A stretch of 64,000 bases of DNA from Eledone cirrhosa (Eukaryota): assembly GCA_964016885.1 (NCBI GenBank), contig OZ024741.1:129828001-129892000 (forward strand). Direction: 5' to 3'. Shown here one piece after another: positions 1-13,896 of this stretch. The position numbers and the translations under genes are program-made. Numbering within the stretch: position 1 is the stretch's first letter; each line of letters begins with the position of its first letter. Under the pieces are notes generated by a model. It was given only the letters and a program-made list of their open reading frames with translations. It was not told the DNA's origin and made no database searches.

Positions 1-352
1 GGTGGTGTTGGTGGTGGTGTTGGTGGTGGTGTTGGTGGTGGTGTTGGTGGTGGTGTTGATGGTTGTGTTGATGGTGGTGTTGGTGGTGCTGTTGGTGGTG
101 GTGTTGATGGTTGTGTTGGTGGTGGTGTTGGTGGTGGTGTTGGTGGTGGTGTTGATGGTGGTGTTGGTGGTGGTGTTGGTGGTGGTGTTGATGGTTGTGT
201 TGATGGTGGTGTTGGTGGTGCTGTTGGTGGTGGTGTTGATGGTTGTGTTGGTGGTGGTGTTGGTGGTGGTGTTGGTGGTGGTGTTGATGGTGGTGTTGGT
301 GGTGGTGTTGGTGGTTGTGTTGATGGTGGTGTTGGTGGTGGTGTTGGTGGTG
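1..352. repeat. GGT-rich tandem repeat (about 12-bp unit GGTGGTGTTGGT and variants)
   Basis: Direct periodicity; the poly-Val ORF is a by-product. Confidence 0.95.
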
Positions 353-432
353 ATGGAAGCTGGAGACATTGAGAGGAGATGTAGATGAGTTGGGTTGGAG
401 GGTATATAAGTTGATATGGGGGGTACAACAGA

Positions 433-1557
433 CAAACACACACATATGGGAGGCAGATGCACATTCAAACACACTCATACACACACATATTGGAAGTAGA
501 GACACACACACACATACACACACATATGGGTAGTAGAGACACACATATACTCATACACACACATATGGGAAGTAGAGAGACACACACACACTCATACACA
601 CACATATGGGAAGTAGAGACACACACACACACTCATACACACACATATGGGAAGTAGAGACACACACACACACTCATACACACACATATGGGAAGTAGAC
701 ACACACACGCACATATGGGAAGTAGAGACACACACATACACACACATATGGGAAGTTGATGCACACATATACACACATACACACACATATGGGAAGTAGA
801 CACACACACGCACATATGGGAAGTAGAGACACACACATACACACACATATGGGAAGTTGATGCACACATATACACACATACACACACATATGGGAAGTAG
901 ACACACACCCACGCACACACACATATAGGAAGTAGAGAGACACACACACATATACACACACATATGGGAAGCAGACACACACGCACACACATATACACAC
1001 ACATATAGTAAGTAGAGACTCACACACACACATACACACACATATGGGAAGTAGAGACACACACACACACTCATAAACACAAATATGGGAAGTAGAGACA
1101 CACACATACACACACACATATGGGAAGTAGAGACATACATACACATACACACACATATGGGAAGTAGATGCACACACACACAAACACACACACATATGGG
1201 AAGTAGATGCACACACACACACATACACACACACACACACACATATGGGAAGTAGATGCACACACACACACATACACACACATACACACACATACACATA
1301 TGGGAAGTAGATGCACACACACATATAGGAAGTAGATGCACACACACACATATGGGAAGTAGAGACACACACACACACATACACACACATATGGGCGAGT
1401 AGAGACACACACACACACATACACACACATATGGGAAGTAGAGACACACACACAAACTCATAAACACAAATATGGGAAGTAGAGACACACACATACACAC
1501 ACACATATGGGAAGTAGAGACATACATACACATACACACACATATGGGAAGTAGATG

Positions 1558-1588
<31 letters not shown>

Positions 1589-2535
1589 GGGAAGTAGATG
1601 CACACACACACACATACACACACACACACATATGGGAAGTAGATGCACACACACACACATACACACACATACACATATGGGAAGTAGATGCACACACACA
1701 CACACATATGGGAAGTAGATGCACACACACACATATGGGAAGTAGAGACACACACACACACATACACACACATATGGGCGAGTAGAGACACACACACACA
1801 CATACACACACATATGGGAAGTAGAGAGACACACACACACACACGCACACACACACACACACATACATAGAAGGTAGATGAACAAACATAGTCACACACA
1901 CATATTGGAGGTAGATGCACACATACACACACATACAGATACACACATAGAGGATTTCGATGCACACACAAATACACACACATATTTGAAGTACACACAC
2001 ACACACACACACATACATATGGGAGGTAGATGCATACATATACACACCCGGGAGGCAGTTGAACTCACACACACATGGTAGGTAGATGTACACATACATA
2101 TATGGGAGGTAGCTGCACACACACACACATACACACACATAAACACATGTGGTAGGTAGATGTACACACACATATATGGGAGGTAGCTGCACACACACAC
2201 ATACACACATACACACATACACACTCATATGGAAAGTAGATGCACAAACACATACACATACATATGGGAAGAAGATACAAACACACACACACACACACAC
2301 TCATATGGGAAGTAGATACGCACACACACACGCACACACACACATGCAAAAGTAGATACACACACACATACACATACATATGGGACGTAGATACACACAC
2401 ACGCACACACATATGGGAGGCAGATGCACAAACACATACACATACATATGGGGAGTAGATACACACACACACACACATGGGTGATAGATCCACAGACAAA
2501 CACACACATACACACATACATATGTGTTCATACAC
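433..2535. repeat. Compound minisatellite: CATATGGGAAGTAGA core alternating with variable (CA)n spacers
   Basis: Core recurs dozens of times separated by CA-rich spacers; higher-order block repeats (e.g. ctcataaacacaaatatgggaag near 1070 and 1457). Confidence 0.95.
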
Positions 2536-2936
2536 ATATATACTTTTATATATTCGTTTATTTTACTTTTGTTTTACTGGTTTCAGTCATTAGAGTGAGG
2601 CCAAACTGGGGCACATGTACACATACTCACACGTACATACATTTACACATAAGCGCATACACACACACACGCATATATAGAAAGAGAGTCAGAGAGGGAG
2701 AGAAAGAGAAAGTGACAGAGAGAGAGAGAGAGAAGGATAGTCATATAGGGAGAGAGAGGGAGAGAAAGAGATAGATAGATAGATATGTTTCTTTATTAGC
2801 CACAGGGGCACAAAAGAAGGGGACAAATACAAAGGGGGAAGTTTACATACAATAAAAACGTGTAAAATGTTATCACAAATGCAATTTAAAAAATTAGTCG
2901 ATTTTCCCCAATAAAGATAGATAGATAGATAGAGCT

Positions 2937-3026
<90 letters not shown>

Positions 3027-3039
3027 GGGGGAGTGTGGT

Positions 3040-3200
3040 TACGTTCTGAGTTCAAATCCCGCCGAGGTTGACTTTGCCTTTCATCCTTACGGGGTCGATA
3101 AAATAAAGTACCAGTAATACACTTGGGTCGATTTAATCGACTTCCCCCCCTCGCCCCAAATTGCTGGCCTTGTGCCTATAGTAGAAATCTTTATTATTTA
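3040..3200 (+). mobile_element. tRNA-derived SINE, family 1 (5'-truncated)
   Basis: B-box-like GAGTTCAAATCCC followed by conserved core ctttgcctttcatccttacggggtcgataaaataaagtaccag and an ATT tail; more than 20 copies in the window. Confidence 0.85.
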
Positions 3201-3677
3201 ACAAAATAATAAAAAGTAAAAAGAAATAAATAATTATTATTTTACACCAGGTAAACTCTGAACTAGAAGACCTATGATAAAAGCCATTCCAGCCATGACC
3301 ATGCCGTATTTGTTTACACAATATATTCAGAACTATACAATGTGTCATTCCTGTACGTTTTAAGATTATAGGGTGTGAGTCAAAGTAAATTTGGCTGCTA
3401 TTTCTAGCCGTTCGACTGACCACATAAAGTCTGCGTCGCTGTCCCGTGAGAGAGCAACAGACGGAGTGTATATAGTAGGTATGAAGGTAAGTTGGTAGGT
3501 AGGTAGGTAGAGAGGTGTGTTTACTCACTGTTTATACCATCGAGTAACTTTTTACTACTGGAGATATGTTTGGCAGACAGCAGACAGAGCAGTGAGGTAG
3601 GGTTGGGGGTCTTATACACACATATATCTATTTACACACACCACAGGTATAGACAGATATATGTGTGTGTATGTGGT

Positions 3678-3743
<66 letters not shown>

Positions 3744-3840
3744 GGACAGTGAGGTAGGGTTGGGGGTCTTATACACACACATCTATTTACCCACACACCA
3801 CACCACAGATATAGACAGTTATGTGTGTGTATATATATAT

Positions 3841-3968
<128 letters not shown>

Positions 3969-4098
3969 GATATTAACAAATGGAAAGTATATTTATAAAA
4001 CTATATTTATTTCATTATACATATTTCAAGGACACCAAGTTAAATTATGGGTAAATAGATGTGTGTGTTATAAGACCCCAAACCCTACCTCACTGCCC

Positions 4099-4181
<83 letters not shown>

Positions 4182-4390
4182 GTATATAGGTATATACACA
4201 TGCAGACATACATCTATTTACAGACACACCAGAGATATAGACATGTGTATATTTGTGTGTATACATATAATGCATGTATATATATATATATATACATATA
4301 TTTATATATACATGCATTATGTATACACACACATGTCTATATCGGTGGCGTATGTGTGAATGGGCGAAGATGTATATGCACACGTATGTT

Positions 4391-4675
4391 GAGGCACGTG
4401 GCCTAGTGGTAAGGGTGTTGGACTTACGATCATAATGTCGTGAGTTCGATTCTTGGGTTGCGTGTTGTGTTCTTGAGAAAAACACTTCATTTTACGTTGC
4501 TCCAGTATACTCAGCTGAAAATGAGTACCAGCAATAGCTGGAGGTTTAACTCTGCGATGGACTGGTGTCCTTTCCAGGGGGGGAGACTGAGTCTTGTATT
4601 TTCAGTCGCTTCACGCCATGAAACCGGGATAAGCACTAGCCAAATGAGCCTTCTTCCTTAAGACAGACTTTAGAC
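4391..4675 (+). mobile_element. tRNA-derived SINE, family 2 (full length)
   Basis: A-box GTGGCCTAGTGGTAA, B-box GAGTTCGATTC, body with gcgatggactggtgtcc and gaaaccgggataagc as in V-domain-like SINEs. Confidence 0.75.
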
Positions 4676-4751
4676 TCTAAGATATGTACACGCACAAGCA
4701 TAATATAAATACATATATATATAAGTATACGCGCGCATATGGTTGAATGTA

Positions 4752-4788
<37 letters not shown>

Positions 4789-4798
4789 CGTATGTATG

Positions 4799-6030
4799 TT
4801 CCTCTGGTCTAATTATTTTATAAATGTTTACCAATAGAGAGAGAGAGAGAGAGAGAGCCGGTTTCTAACAGACATTGGAATTTAGACATTAGCTAGGTAA
4901 ATTTGTATGTATGCCTGCATACGTGCGTATGTCGGTGTGTGTGTGCAGGTATATATGTTATTGTATGTGTGGACCTGTATGGTTTTAGTTATATGTGTAC
5001 ACATGCATATGTTTTGTATCTATACATGTGTATATGCAGTTATTACATGCAGAATTTGGGGAATGTTTTACATATTTTTACAGTTCCATTAATTGATTGT
5101 ACTCGCAATATCCTCACCAGTCATGCTGTTTCTGAGTCTGTTAAGTCCAGCTTCTCAAGAATTGGACTAGTGCGGATACTAACATATGTCAGAACCCCGA
5201 TGATCACAGGTATAAATCTGAAGACATAGTCAGAGTGGTGTATCTTCAGATACTACTGTGCATGCCTTCTTTTCCCTGTCCCATATCACTATATCTGGTC
5301 TGTTATGCTTGCATGTTATTGGGGATTTTACTGGAACATTCCGCCAGTACTCTTCCACATTGCTGTAACTTTTAATATGTTTATTATCGGGGCTATCTTT
5401 TCTACGGATTACATTATATAGTGTTTTCGCCGCTACATCATGCCTCATACATAGATAGCTCTGTGATGACCTCTTTTGACAGCTGCTCATGACATGGGTT
5501 ACATCTTCGATGTTAATTCTGCAGAGTCTGCATTTTCTGTCCCATCTAGGCTTTTTGTGAATCAGGTATTTTGTATTGATTTCCTGTTTGTGGATTGCAA
5601 AAGCATATCCTTCAAAGTGAGAGCCAATATAGCGGTTGTTGGTCCAATATAGACCATTATGCCTATCTAAATTACTCTCATTTTGAAACTTCCTAGCAAC
5701 ATACCCATGCAGTTTTTCATCCATGGATTTACTGTACACACACACAAACACACATACGTTAGATGAACAAATACACACACATATGGGAGGTAGATGCACA
5801 TACAAACACATACATATGGGAGGTAGATGCATATACAAACACACTCGTACACACACACACGCATATATATATGGTTTCCCTGGGTGCGAGGCTTTGATTA
5901 TCATGCAGGGAGTATTTCTCAAGAAGCTCCTTCCTAACTCTCATGATCTTATCTGTCTCTTGTAGACAGACTTGCTTAATAGATGAGCTCCTATTCTTAG
6001 TGGTTCGGAGGGATATGATGCGACACTCAA

Positions 6031-6032
<2 letters not shown>
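4799..6032 (-). mobile_element. R4/Dong-like (RLE) non-LTR retrotransposon 3' fragment, interrupted by a satellite insert
   Basis: ORF 5230-5922 has CRLC...HVMSSC zinc knuckle, RHD and HNRPDIVIWD restriction-like endonuclease motifs; homologous to 29652-30902; ends in (TACA)n. Confidence 0.88.
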
Positions 6033-6097
<65 letters not shown>

Positions 6098-6258
6098 CTT
6101 GTGTTCATGCCCCATAACCTAGAGGTACGTCAAATAAATGAGATTAATAAAGTGGTGACGGACATGAAAAAGTTACGCATTAGGGTTGATATATTTGATT
6201 GCGTCCCTTGAAAGCAATACCCCAGTCAAAGAAAACAAGAATGAAAGAATAAATGAAT

Positions 6259-6339
<81 letters not shown>

Positions 6340-6579
6340 TATATGAGATGCTACTAGCTAAATCCCACGGCCTTCGCCCTAGTCTATACTCAAATCTATT
6401 CATAAGCCACATAATGCCATCCACCGTAATGCCCATTTTCCTTAAATTAAAACATCTTAAAAGTCATTCAAATATTGCATAGAATAATGAAAAAAAATTA
6501 TTTAGAATATCTTTACAGAAAGTAATAAAGAAAATAATAGAATGTATTCTACGAAAATTATAAAACATTTACAGAACTT

Positions 6580-6935
6580 CAGTATATACATTGGAGCATA
6601 TATGAAGAGTTTATGGAGGCTTCCTACTCTGGAACAACCTACATAAACTGGCTATCTGAGAAACAGCTTTCTTCTAGATAGATACTGACAACCAGCAGTG
6701 TTTGACCTGGGATTTGTTGATAATCATTGCATAACTGACTGTCATTGGGAATTGCAATCATTTGAAATGAAAAGGGACATCTGTTGGTATTAGCGGTATT
6801 CTAGGTATAAATACGATGTCTCCTTTACCACATCCAGTGAGGATTTGGGCTTCGATAATGTGAGGTTATAGTTCAGTCACAACCATACGCTCCTTATTGC
6901 AAAATCTTCACTGTTCGAGTACAGAGGGTCATGTA
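6580..6935 (-). pseudogene. Helitron RepHel PIF1-like helicase C-terminal remnant
   Basis: Manual translation: [50 protein letters not shown]...YVGCSRVGS, with stops and frameshifts. Confidence 0.88.
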
Positions 6936-6946
6936 GTAACATAATA

Positions 6947-7130
6947 CTTGTTTCTACTATTGGCACAAGGCCAGCAATTATCGCAGTACATTACTGGTAC
7001 TTTATTTTATCGACCCCGTTAGGATGAAAGGCAAAGTTAACCTCGGCGGGATTTGAACTCAGACCGTAAAGGGACGTAACTATGCTGGAAAGTATGGAGT
7101 CCGACCCTCTACCAATACTGCCAATCAACC
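6947..7130 (-). mobile_element. SINE family 1
   Basis: Reverse complement of the family-1 consensus including the 5' head. Confidence 0.85.
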
Positions 7131-7578
7131 GATAATAGTAATTCTATTAGCAAGGTGAAGAATGTTAAGTGTGCGTGTGGAAGTGGTTAGAGTCTATTTA
7201 GATGTGCTTTCTATCTTTTTCTATTTTTTGATAAATATATTTTTTTATTTATTCGTGATTGATCTTCAAAAACCTGAAAGGACCATGACATTCTCGATTT
7301 TGGCGCGAAATTACCAAAAGATTCGATGCCTAATCACATGAACTTCCTCAACCTATCAAATTGTACTTTAAACATATAGCAATCTTAGCCACATTTTTTG
7401 TATAAAACAAAGAAATTCCCAACAACAATTAGTTGCGAGTTACATATCTCTTCATCTCTCTTGACTTTTGAAAATCATGAAACTTGTGAAACCGGTCATA
7501 AATTATTGTAAATAAACCTTCTTAAAGATTCCAATTACATTTTCAAATTCTTTTTCATCTATTTTTACCCATGTGGGA

Positions 7579-7629
<51 letters not shown>

Positions 7630-7641
7630 CTATCTATGTGT

Positions 7642-7749
<108 letters not shown>

Positions 7750-7785
7750 ATGCGTGCGTGTGTGTGTGTGTGTGTGTGTGCGTGC

Positions 7786-7821
<36 letters not shown>

Positions 7822-7849
7822 ATAAAAGGTAAACAGAAATAACAACACA

Positions 7850-8724
7850 ATCTATACAGTATATGGAAGGAATATATTAGTTTAACGCTTGAAAAAGCAG
7901 GAAGAGGGTCTTAACGTTTCGGATGCTAGTCCTTCCTCAGGAGAAAGAATGAGAAATTAGAAAGATTGAAGGGACGGGTAGGGTGAAGTCGGAAAAATCC
8001 TTTTAGAGAAAAATGACAAACAGGTCAATTCATGTTGCCATCTCTTGGAAAACTGTTGATGCTGGCATTTTGTGTATGATATACTGTTTTAGAATACTGG
8101 ATGATGGAGCGCGTCTATCTGAAATGGAACAAAAACCGTTTTGTATATAGCGCTATACGTGTGCGCGGCTGTACGCGCGTGTGTGTGTGATATAAATCCG
8201 TACCAAGCTAAGAGGATAGGTGTGTGCATAAGTAAGTAAAAGAGTGTGTGTGCGTGTGTGCACGTGTGTGTGTGCGTGTGTGTGTATACAGAGCTGTGAA
8301 GGGAAAAGTAGAGTTATGTGTGTGCGTATTTAGTTGGTCTGTATCATATGTTTCTGACCATAAGAGAGCCATAGAAATATAGGGTGAATGCATAAGCACG
8401 TGTGTGATAACGGGCGGGGTAAACGTGACGGGCGGAGGGTGTTGGGGTGGGGCAAAGGGTAAAGAAGTAAGCACGGACTTATCTGTGTAATATTAAAGAA
8501 ATTGGGGAGGGGAGTCGTGTCCATGAAAACAGGACCCAAGGTGGAAAATCAGACTCTGTTCAGTCATGGTGCGCGAGGCCTGTGATTCGTGATGTAAAAG
8601 GACACCAAGGACTGAGAAATGTAGGGAAGAGTGACCTGGCGAACGGAAATGACTGGCGATGAGAGTATCCATACAGAGCATGTCCCTCAAATGTTCAGCA
8701 AAGCGGTCCGCCAAACGGTGTCCC

Positions 8725-8725
<1 letters not shown>
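7850..8725 (-). mobile_element. Penelope-like element 3' fragment (end of GIY-YIG domain plus 3' region with hammerhead)
   Basis: GHRLADRFAEHLRD...IASHF...EQSLIFHLG at 8493-8725; hammerhead motif downstream; bounded by microsatellites. Confidence 0.8.
7907..7944 (-). ncRNA. Minimal type I hammerhead ribozyme motif
   Basis: Minus strand: CTGAGGA a GGA ctagca TCC GAAA cgt TA; helix I weak. Confidence 0.7.
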
Positions 8726-8763
<38 letters not shown>

Positions 8764-9145
8764 AAAACTGGTTAAGGGGACAAAGGCACAGAAGCCACCA
8801 CAACAACGAAAATACAATATATATATATATATATATATACGTATGTATGTATGTGTGTGAGTCGGAAAAAGTGGACAGCATCACCTGTAGAATACAAACT
8901 CACGCCTGCCGTTTGTTGGACGGTACCCGGCAGGAGAACAGCATACAGCAGGGGAAAGTTTGTGGCCTACAGGTGATGCTGTCCACTTTTGGTCTCTTAG
9001 GGCTTACATGCCTAAATTTTTTTTAGCTACAATTCATAGTAAAAACCCTGCGGTGAAGCAGTTTATTTTAAGCTAACATACAATCAAAATTCATAATTCA
9101 TAATTCATAATTCGCTCAACGCCACTTGGAAATACAATTGTTTAT

Positions 9146-9174
<29 letters not shown>

Positions 9175-9179
<5 letters not shown>

Positions 9180-9398
9180 CAAATTAAAATGAAGAATTAG
9201 AAATAGAAGCCAGGACTATCCATCATCAGTGGTCTACTAGCCATCATAGGTATTTCTTTGCATTAAATGTCTTAAATGCGAAGAAATACCTATGATGGCT
9301 AGTAGACCATTGATGATGGATAGTCCTAGCTTTTATTTCTAATTCTTCATTTTAATTTGTATATCACACTGCAACAACACAGCACGCCATTTTTCATT

Positions 9399-9400
<2 letters not shown>
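9175..9400 (+). repeat. Fold-back inverted duplication (about 95-bp arms, 9175-9364) between (TA)n tracts
   Basis: Arms near-perfectly complementary, axis near 9270; the right arm continues unpaired to the (TA)n at 9401. Confidence 0.92.
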
Positions 9401-9466
<66 letters not shown>

Positions 9467-9580
9467 TATATGTATAAATATTTCGTATCTCCAAGGAAAT
9501 ACGGTTTTAGGAAGCTGTAGCTATGCAAACACCGGGGGGCTAACGCCCTCTGGTGATGTCCAGCAGAAGCAAGGGGGACA

Positions 9581-9624
9581 ACCGTCTATGCATTTCAGGC
9601 TTAACTGGCCTTCGTCAGGACGGT
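9581..9624 (-). ncRNA. Intact minimal type I hammerhead ribozyme
   Basis: Minus strand: ACCGTC CTGACGA AGGC cagttaa GCCT GAAA tgca TA GACGGT; 6-bp helix I, 4-bp helix II, palindromic helix III ATGCAT. Confidence 0.92.
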
Positions 9625-10202
9625 CCCTCCCACCGCTTATATATATATGTATATATAAAGTCAAAAGAAGAAGATATATGTATATATATAGAGAGAAAGA
9701 ACCATATATCCAAAAAGGACACAGTACATATACTAAATACATATTACAGAGAAGAACATGTACTCAAGATGGAATCAAATGTGACCCTATGGCACCATTT
9801 CGTTAAATGTAGACTGTAATTTAAAATCAATCTATGTGAACGGTTATCGATCACGAACTATCAATTATAATAAAACCACAGTAGACTCAGAAATCTGATC
9901 ATGGGTATAGTCTTTAACATTCTAATGGAAATACAGAAGCAAAAGAAATAGTATATACAGCAATATAGTTGTAGATATCCGCAGAGAATTTTGACATGCC
10001 ACGAAACAAGAGGCAACTTTTACACAGTTTTATTTCACGCTTGGTGGAAGTGGAATATATATATCTTAGTTACACACACACTCAGCGTTAGAAATCCTGG
10101 AAAAATGCAACTGGGGACAGAAAAAAATGACCAGTAGCCACTACTGTGTTTGGATTTCAACGTTTCAAATTCCAAATCATCCAATCACCTCCATAAATCT
10201 AC

Positions 10203-10263
<61 letters not shown>

Positions 10264-10264
10264 A

Positions 10265-10303
<39 letters not shown>

Positions 10304-10329
10304 AATCTATCTATCTATCTATCTCCATT

Positions 10330-10680
10330 GTCATGATCAAACCGCCACCCTTCTTCAAAAACGAAGGAGAGGCGGTTTTCCTTTGTGTGATATCTATGGC
10401 GAAAGAGGTTGTATGGTGGACGAGGTTAAAAGGGATGAGGTCAGACACGTTTCTCTTCGGCCAACAACTGATTCTTTTTTTCAAATACCACTTTGGAAGA
10501 AGAATCAGGATGGAGAGAGAGGTGCTGTACCCCAGCAAGTTTTATGAAAGGTGGGTGAAAGTGGCGAGAATGGCCCGAGTGAATGGGCCTTCTCTCTATA
10601 TCAGCCTGTAGGTTGAGGAAAAGCAGGAGGAGAGGAAAGGAGTACAAACTCTTCGTACTCCTGGAGATGAGGGTTTCACA
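10330..10680 (+). mobile_element. Tx1/L1-clade LINE 3' end remnant
   Basis: MAKEVVWWTRLKG...QLILFFKYHFGRRIRMERE...FYERW resembles the Tx1 ORF2 C-terminus; abuts (TATC)n. Confidence 0.6.
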
Positions 10681-10742
10681 AAATAACTTACCAGTAATGT
10701 ACTGGGTAACTGCTGACCTTGTGCCAAAAGTAGAAACAATTG

Positions 10743-10778
<36 letters not shown>

Positions 10779-10781
<3 letters not shown>

Positions 10782-11011
10782 GTATTTGTCGGCTTATAAG
10801 GTGCACCTTTTTTCTCTAAAAAATGTCCCAGAAATTCACCTTACATTTTATAAGGTCAAGGGTCAGTTTGGGTTACTGGCTAATGGGGTTCTAGTGTTGC
10901 AGTTGCCCTTAAATTAAACCATAAACATCTCTGAAAATGTAAACAAGGTGGCGGTCGTTTCTACACCAACAATGGCTACACTTTTCTAAGGTAACGATAT
11001 ATAACGGTAGT
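10779..11011. mobile_element. Possible Tc2/pogo-type non-autonomous DNA transposon remnant
   Basis: Start cgtatttgtcggcttataaggtgcacc and end tataacggta resemble Tc2-like termini. Confidence 0.35.
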
Positions 11012-11669
11012 ACTTGCTGGTACTTTTTATAAATAACACAAATCAGGAAGAAAATTAAGTGACAACGCTTAACTATGCATGTGTTTTAGAATGTATTAAA
11101 TATTTCAACAAAAAATACGATATAGTAAATTTATTTTCATACTTCCTTGTTTTAAAATTGTACCAAAACATTACAACTAGAATTACGATGTAGAATAATA
11201 ATAAAAAAAAATACGACAAATTGTATACCGTTCGCCTGACATTCGTAATTTAAACCCACATACAAATACCGGAAAACAAATAGAGATACTTACAACGTAA
11301 GTAACAGTGAGATCAGGATCATTGTATACATGCTAAAATCTAAGTAGAAAGGCAATAATTAGTTAACCGTGACACCTACCGCCATAACGATGACTATATC
11401 TCGAACACCAAGTTCAGATTTATTAAACCTGGCAAGTACGAATGTTGGAGAGTAAATAAACATATCACAAAATTAAAATGTAGTCGTCCCAACTCAGATA
11501 ACTATAATAATAGTCAGTCACTGTAAATAATAGCTGGAAAAAAATTGGGTAAATTATTTCCGAAAAAAGAAATGATTGACAGACGTGCTTCCTCACAGGC
11601 GGCTCTCCACTTTTTCCCGTCTCCATGCTACTTTACATGCATTTTTGCTACTATAGTGATCGACTATTA

Positions 11670-11772
11670 CGAGGTTAACTTTGCCTTTCATCCTTACGGG
11701 GTCGATAAAATAAAGTACCAGTAATACACTAGGTAATTGCTGGCCTTGTGCCTAACGTAGAAACAATTATTA
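11670..11772 (+). mobile_element. SINE family 1, 3' fragment
   Basis: Core and tail match. Confidence 0.8.
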
Positions 11773-11879
11773 TAGTCTTCTGCATTGAGACGACTACATT
11801 CCTAATTTCAAATTTCCTTAATGTTTCATAAGTTAACCGGATGCTTACATATCCAAACAATTATAGTATGGTATGATTC

Positions 11880-12640
11880 CGTAACCCCTGATGGAGTCGT
11901 AAGGTTGCCGCAATGACGTTTCTTGGGCTACTTTTTAAAACCTGGCGGAGCCAACCCTCTCCATGTCTGAGTACAACAGATTTCTTCCCGAGAATTGTAG
12001 AAAACAAGAGAGAAGAAGTGAGAAAGAATCAACCCCAGTACTAGACTAAAACTTTTTTATCGACCTCAAAAGGAAAAATTGATTTCTGCGGAATTCGAAC
12101 TCAGAGAGTAGAGAGCCGGACCGAATACCGCAAAGTGTTCTATCCGACGTTATAACGACGCTGCCAATTATCTTAATTAGCGTTAACAAAATTTGAGAAA
12201 AAAACCAGCTTAAGATTAATATTACTAGGATCGAAGGTAACTAGTTCTGAAATATTAGAGAAAAAGTGGATATAAATTTATCTCGCGGAGGCACATTAAG
12301 CAGGTGTTTATTCTAGGAGAAAGAAATAGAGAGGAAGACTCGACCCCAGTACTGGGCAGCTACTTTTATTTTGTATGATGGAGTCGTAGGGGCACTGTAT
12401 TGACATACGGCGTTTCTAGGGCATTTTAAAACCTGGCGAAGTCCATCTCACCAATAGATGTCCTCCAGTTAAGGATAGAAAGTGAGAGAATGGAAGCGAG
12501 GAAGAGATATAGAGAAAGAATTTACCCCAGTACTGGACTGGTACTTTATCGACATCAAAAGGATGAAATTCAAAATTAACCTTGGAAGGATCTGAACTCG
12601 GAGAGTAACGATAGCCGGAACGAATACCGATGAGAAGAAA
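11880..12640 (-). mobile_element. Two copies of a long-tailed SINE family-1 variant (11880-12170, 12375-12640)
   Basis: SINE head and core followed by a CT-rich spacer and a shared tail ccgccaggttttaaaa...gaaacg...cgactccatca; also at 31135-31402 and 34425-34778. Confidence 0.7.
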
Positions 12641-12656
12641 ATAACAGGCTGAACAG

Positions 12657-12812
<156 letters not shown>

Positions 12813-12900
12813 TCCCCACCACCACCCCACTCTCCAGAGCGTGAAATTAATAAACATTCGTTGTACTGCCTCTCTGTTTTGTTCCTGTTCAAATTTTTCC

Positions 12901-12970
<70 letters not shown>

Positions 12971-13288
12971 AACACACACACACACATACATATACACATG
13001 TACACACACATAACGTACACATGCACACACACATGTACACACAATAGCACACACACCTACACAATCTATGTATAAATAGTGCTGATTTGCACATGTAACG
13101 TCGCGTTTATTTCCTCAATCTGTTCACTCATTAATATTAATTATACTCATATCCTCATTATGATACTAAATCTTAATTACTTATTAATTATCACAAACTA
13201 CTAAAATCTAATACTTTGGGCGATGTTTCTTAAGAGGGTTGAGGTTTAATTACGTTTGCATGAACTTTTTTTCGATTAATATACGTGA

Positions 13289-13319
<31 letters not shown>

Positions 13320-13372
13320 TGTATGTATGTATGTATGTATGTATGTATGTATGTATGTGTGTGTGTGTTTGT

Positions 13373-13413
<41 letters not shown>

Positions 13414-13629
13414 TGTGTGTACGGGGTGGTTATGTTAGAAACGCCCTTGTGTCGGACAGTATGTGTTTTTTACGATGTATAAACGAAAGTTCTATTTGAG
13501 TCTACTCAAAATATGAAATATTTAATATATCAATCCTTTCAACCAGATTTTTAAAAGATGTTTTTAATTTAGTCCATTCGAACAAATGAAATATTTTAAT
13601 GTCTGAGTTTTATTTCGCCTTTATTATTT

Positions 13630-13818
13630 CACATTGGCAGTATCGGTAGAGGGTCGGACGCCATGCTTTGACGCATTGAGTTACGGCCCTTGCCATACTG
13701 AGTTCAAATCCCGCCGAGGTTGACTTTGCTTTTCATCCTTACGGGATCGATAAAATAAAGTACCAGTAATACACTGTGTTAATAGCTGGCCTTGTGCCAA
13801 ATGCCGAAACAATTATTT
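13630..13818 (+). mobile_element. SINE family 1 (near full length)
   Basis: ttggcagtatcggtagag head, B-box, core and tail. Confidence 0.85.
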
Positions 13819-13896
13819 CACACTCCATTGTTTGTACACACTCACACAAACACACAAGCACACAGTCACACATACACACACACATACATACACACA

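Noticed and set aside
457-2537. Long Cys/Val or His/Thr ORFs, and a CRISPR-array interpretation
   Set aside because: Translations of (CA)n; the spacers are simple repeats, there are no cas genes and the context is eukaryotic
4391-4460. tRNA gene
   Set aside because: A and B boxes are present but there is no full cloverleaf, and it continues into a SINE body
7465-7500. ttgaaaa...gaaaccggtc as a hammerhead
   Set aside because: The 3' half fits but the CUGANGA core has two mismatches and the helices are poor
11887-11922. ctgatgga...gtttc as a hammerhead
   Set aside because: Core is wrong and GAAAC lies on the opposite strand; it is part of a SINE tail
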